64,000 nt of DNA from Octopus sinensis (Eukaryota), in assembly GCF_006345805.1 (NCBI RefSeq), contig NC_042997.1, positions 61,442,001 through 61,506,000 of the forward strand. Reading direction: 5' to 3'. This document shows positions 63,556 to 64,000 of the stretch, piece by piece (position 1 is the stretch's first letter; every line of letters starts with the position of its first letter). Under the pieces are notes generated by a model. It worked only from the letters and a program-made list of their open reading frames with translations. It was not told where the DNA came from and ran no database searches. The position numbers and the translations under genes were made by a program.

Positions 63556-63760
63556 TGCATGGCCTAGTGGTTAGGGCATTGCACTCCAATTGTGAGATCA
63601 TGGTTCCACTTCCCAAACTGGATGGTCCATTGTATTCCTAAGCAAAGCACTTCATCTTACATTGCTGTGATCACTTCAACATCCAATGTATGGCACACCA
63701 TTCACCTGCACAGCCAATGTCAATTTGATGGAGGGGGTGTGCTAATGTGCAGCACAAACA
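63556..63760 (+). mobile_element. tRNA-derived SINE (colinear relative of 22526-22800)
   Basis: GCATGGCCTAGTGGTTAG head, AAGCAAAGCACTTCATCTTAC junction, GATTTGATGGAGGG..GCTAATGTGCAGCAC-like body. Confidence 0.75.
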
Positions 63761-64000
63761 AGATTCAAGCTTACCCACATAGTTGCACCATGGTAGAAAC
63801 TAATTGGGAGTTCTCTTTTACTGATTCCATCATTGTGCCAAAACAGATTCAATAGTGCAACATAGATTAGGTTAGAAGTGTGTTTCAGGCAGTGGAAGAA
63901 AAAAACATTTACTAGAGCATAAAATTCATATATTCAGTTTTCAACAAGATCTTGGAATGTTCTGACATAATGTCTATATACACACACACACACACACACG

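Overview
Repeat-dense eukaryotic DNA, AT-rich with long (TA)n, (CA)n and (GAT)n tracts. The repeat landscape (RTE LINEs with (GAT)n tails, abundant tRNA-derived SINEs, Penelope-like elements) resembles an octopod cephalopod genome; that taxon call is inference, not a database result. No host protein-coding gene could be supported, so the window is probably intergenic or inside a large intron. Main content: a ~139-bp satellite array bracketed by a 295-bp direct repeat; an essentially full-length RTE LINE (APE-RT-PHD finger) plus two 5'-truncated copies and several solo 3' tails; a 5'-truncated Penelope-like element (RT + GIY-YIG); Helitron, Chapaev-like, Tc1/mariner and piggyBac-like remnants; two foldback palindromes; a recent ~790-bp tandem duplication; many SINEs. 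The most interesting signals are RNA-structural: a canonical minimal hammerhead ribozyme (8591-8633, minus), a hammerhead with a non-canonical CUGUUGA core (26307-26344), and a covarying 14-nt-loop hairpin conserved across three RTE 3'UTR types, at whose base one solo tail copy terminates. Many frameshifts are 1-2 nt deletions in homopolymer runs, suggesting long-read consensus errors. Coordinates of decayed repeats are approximate.
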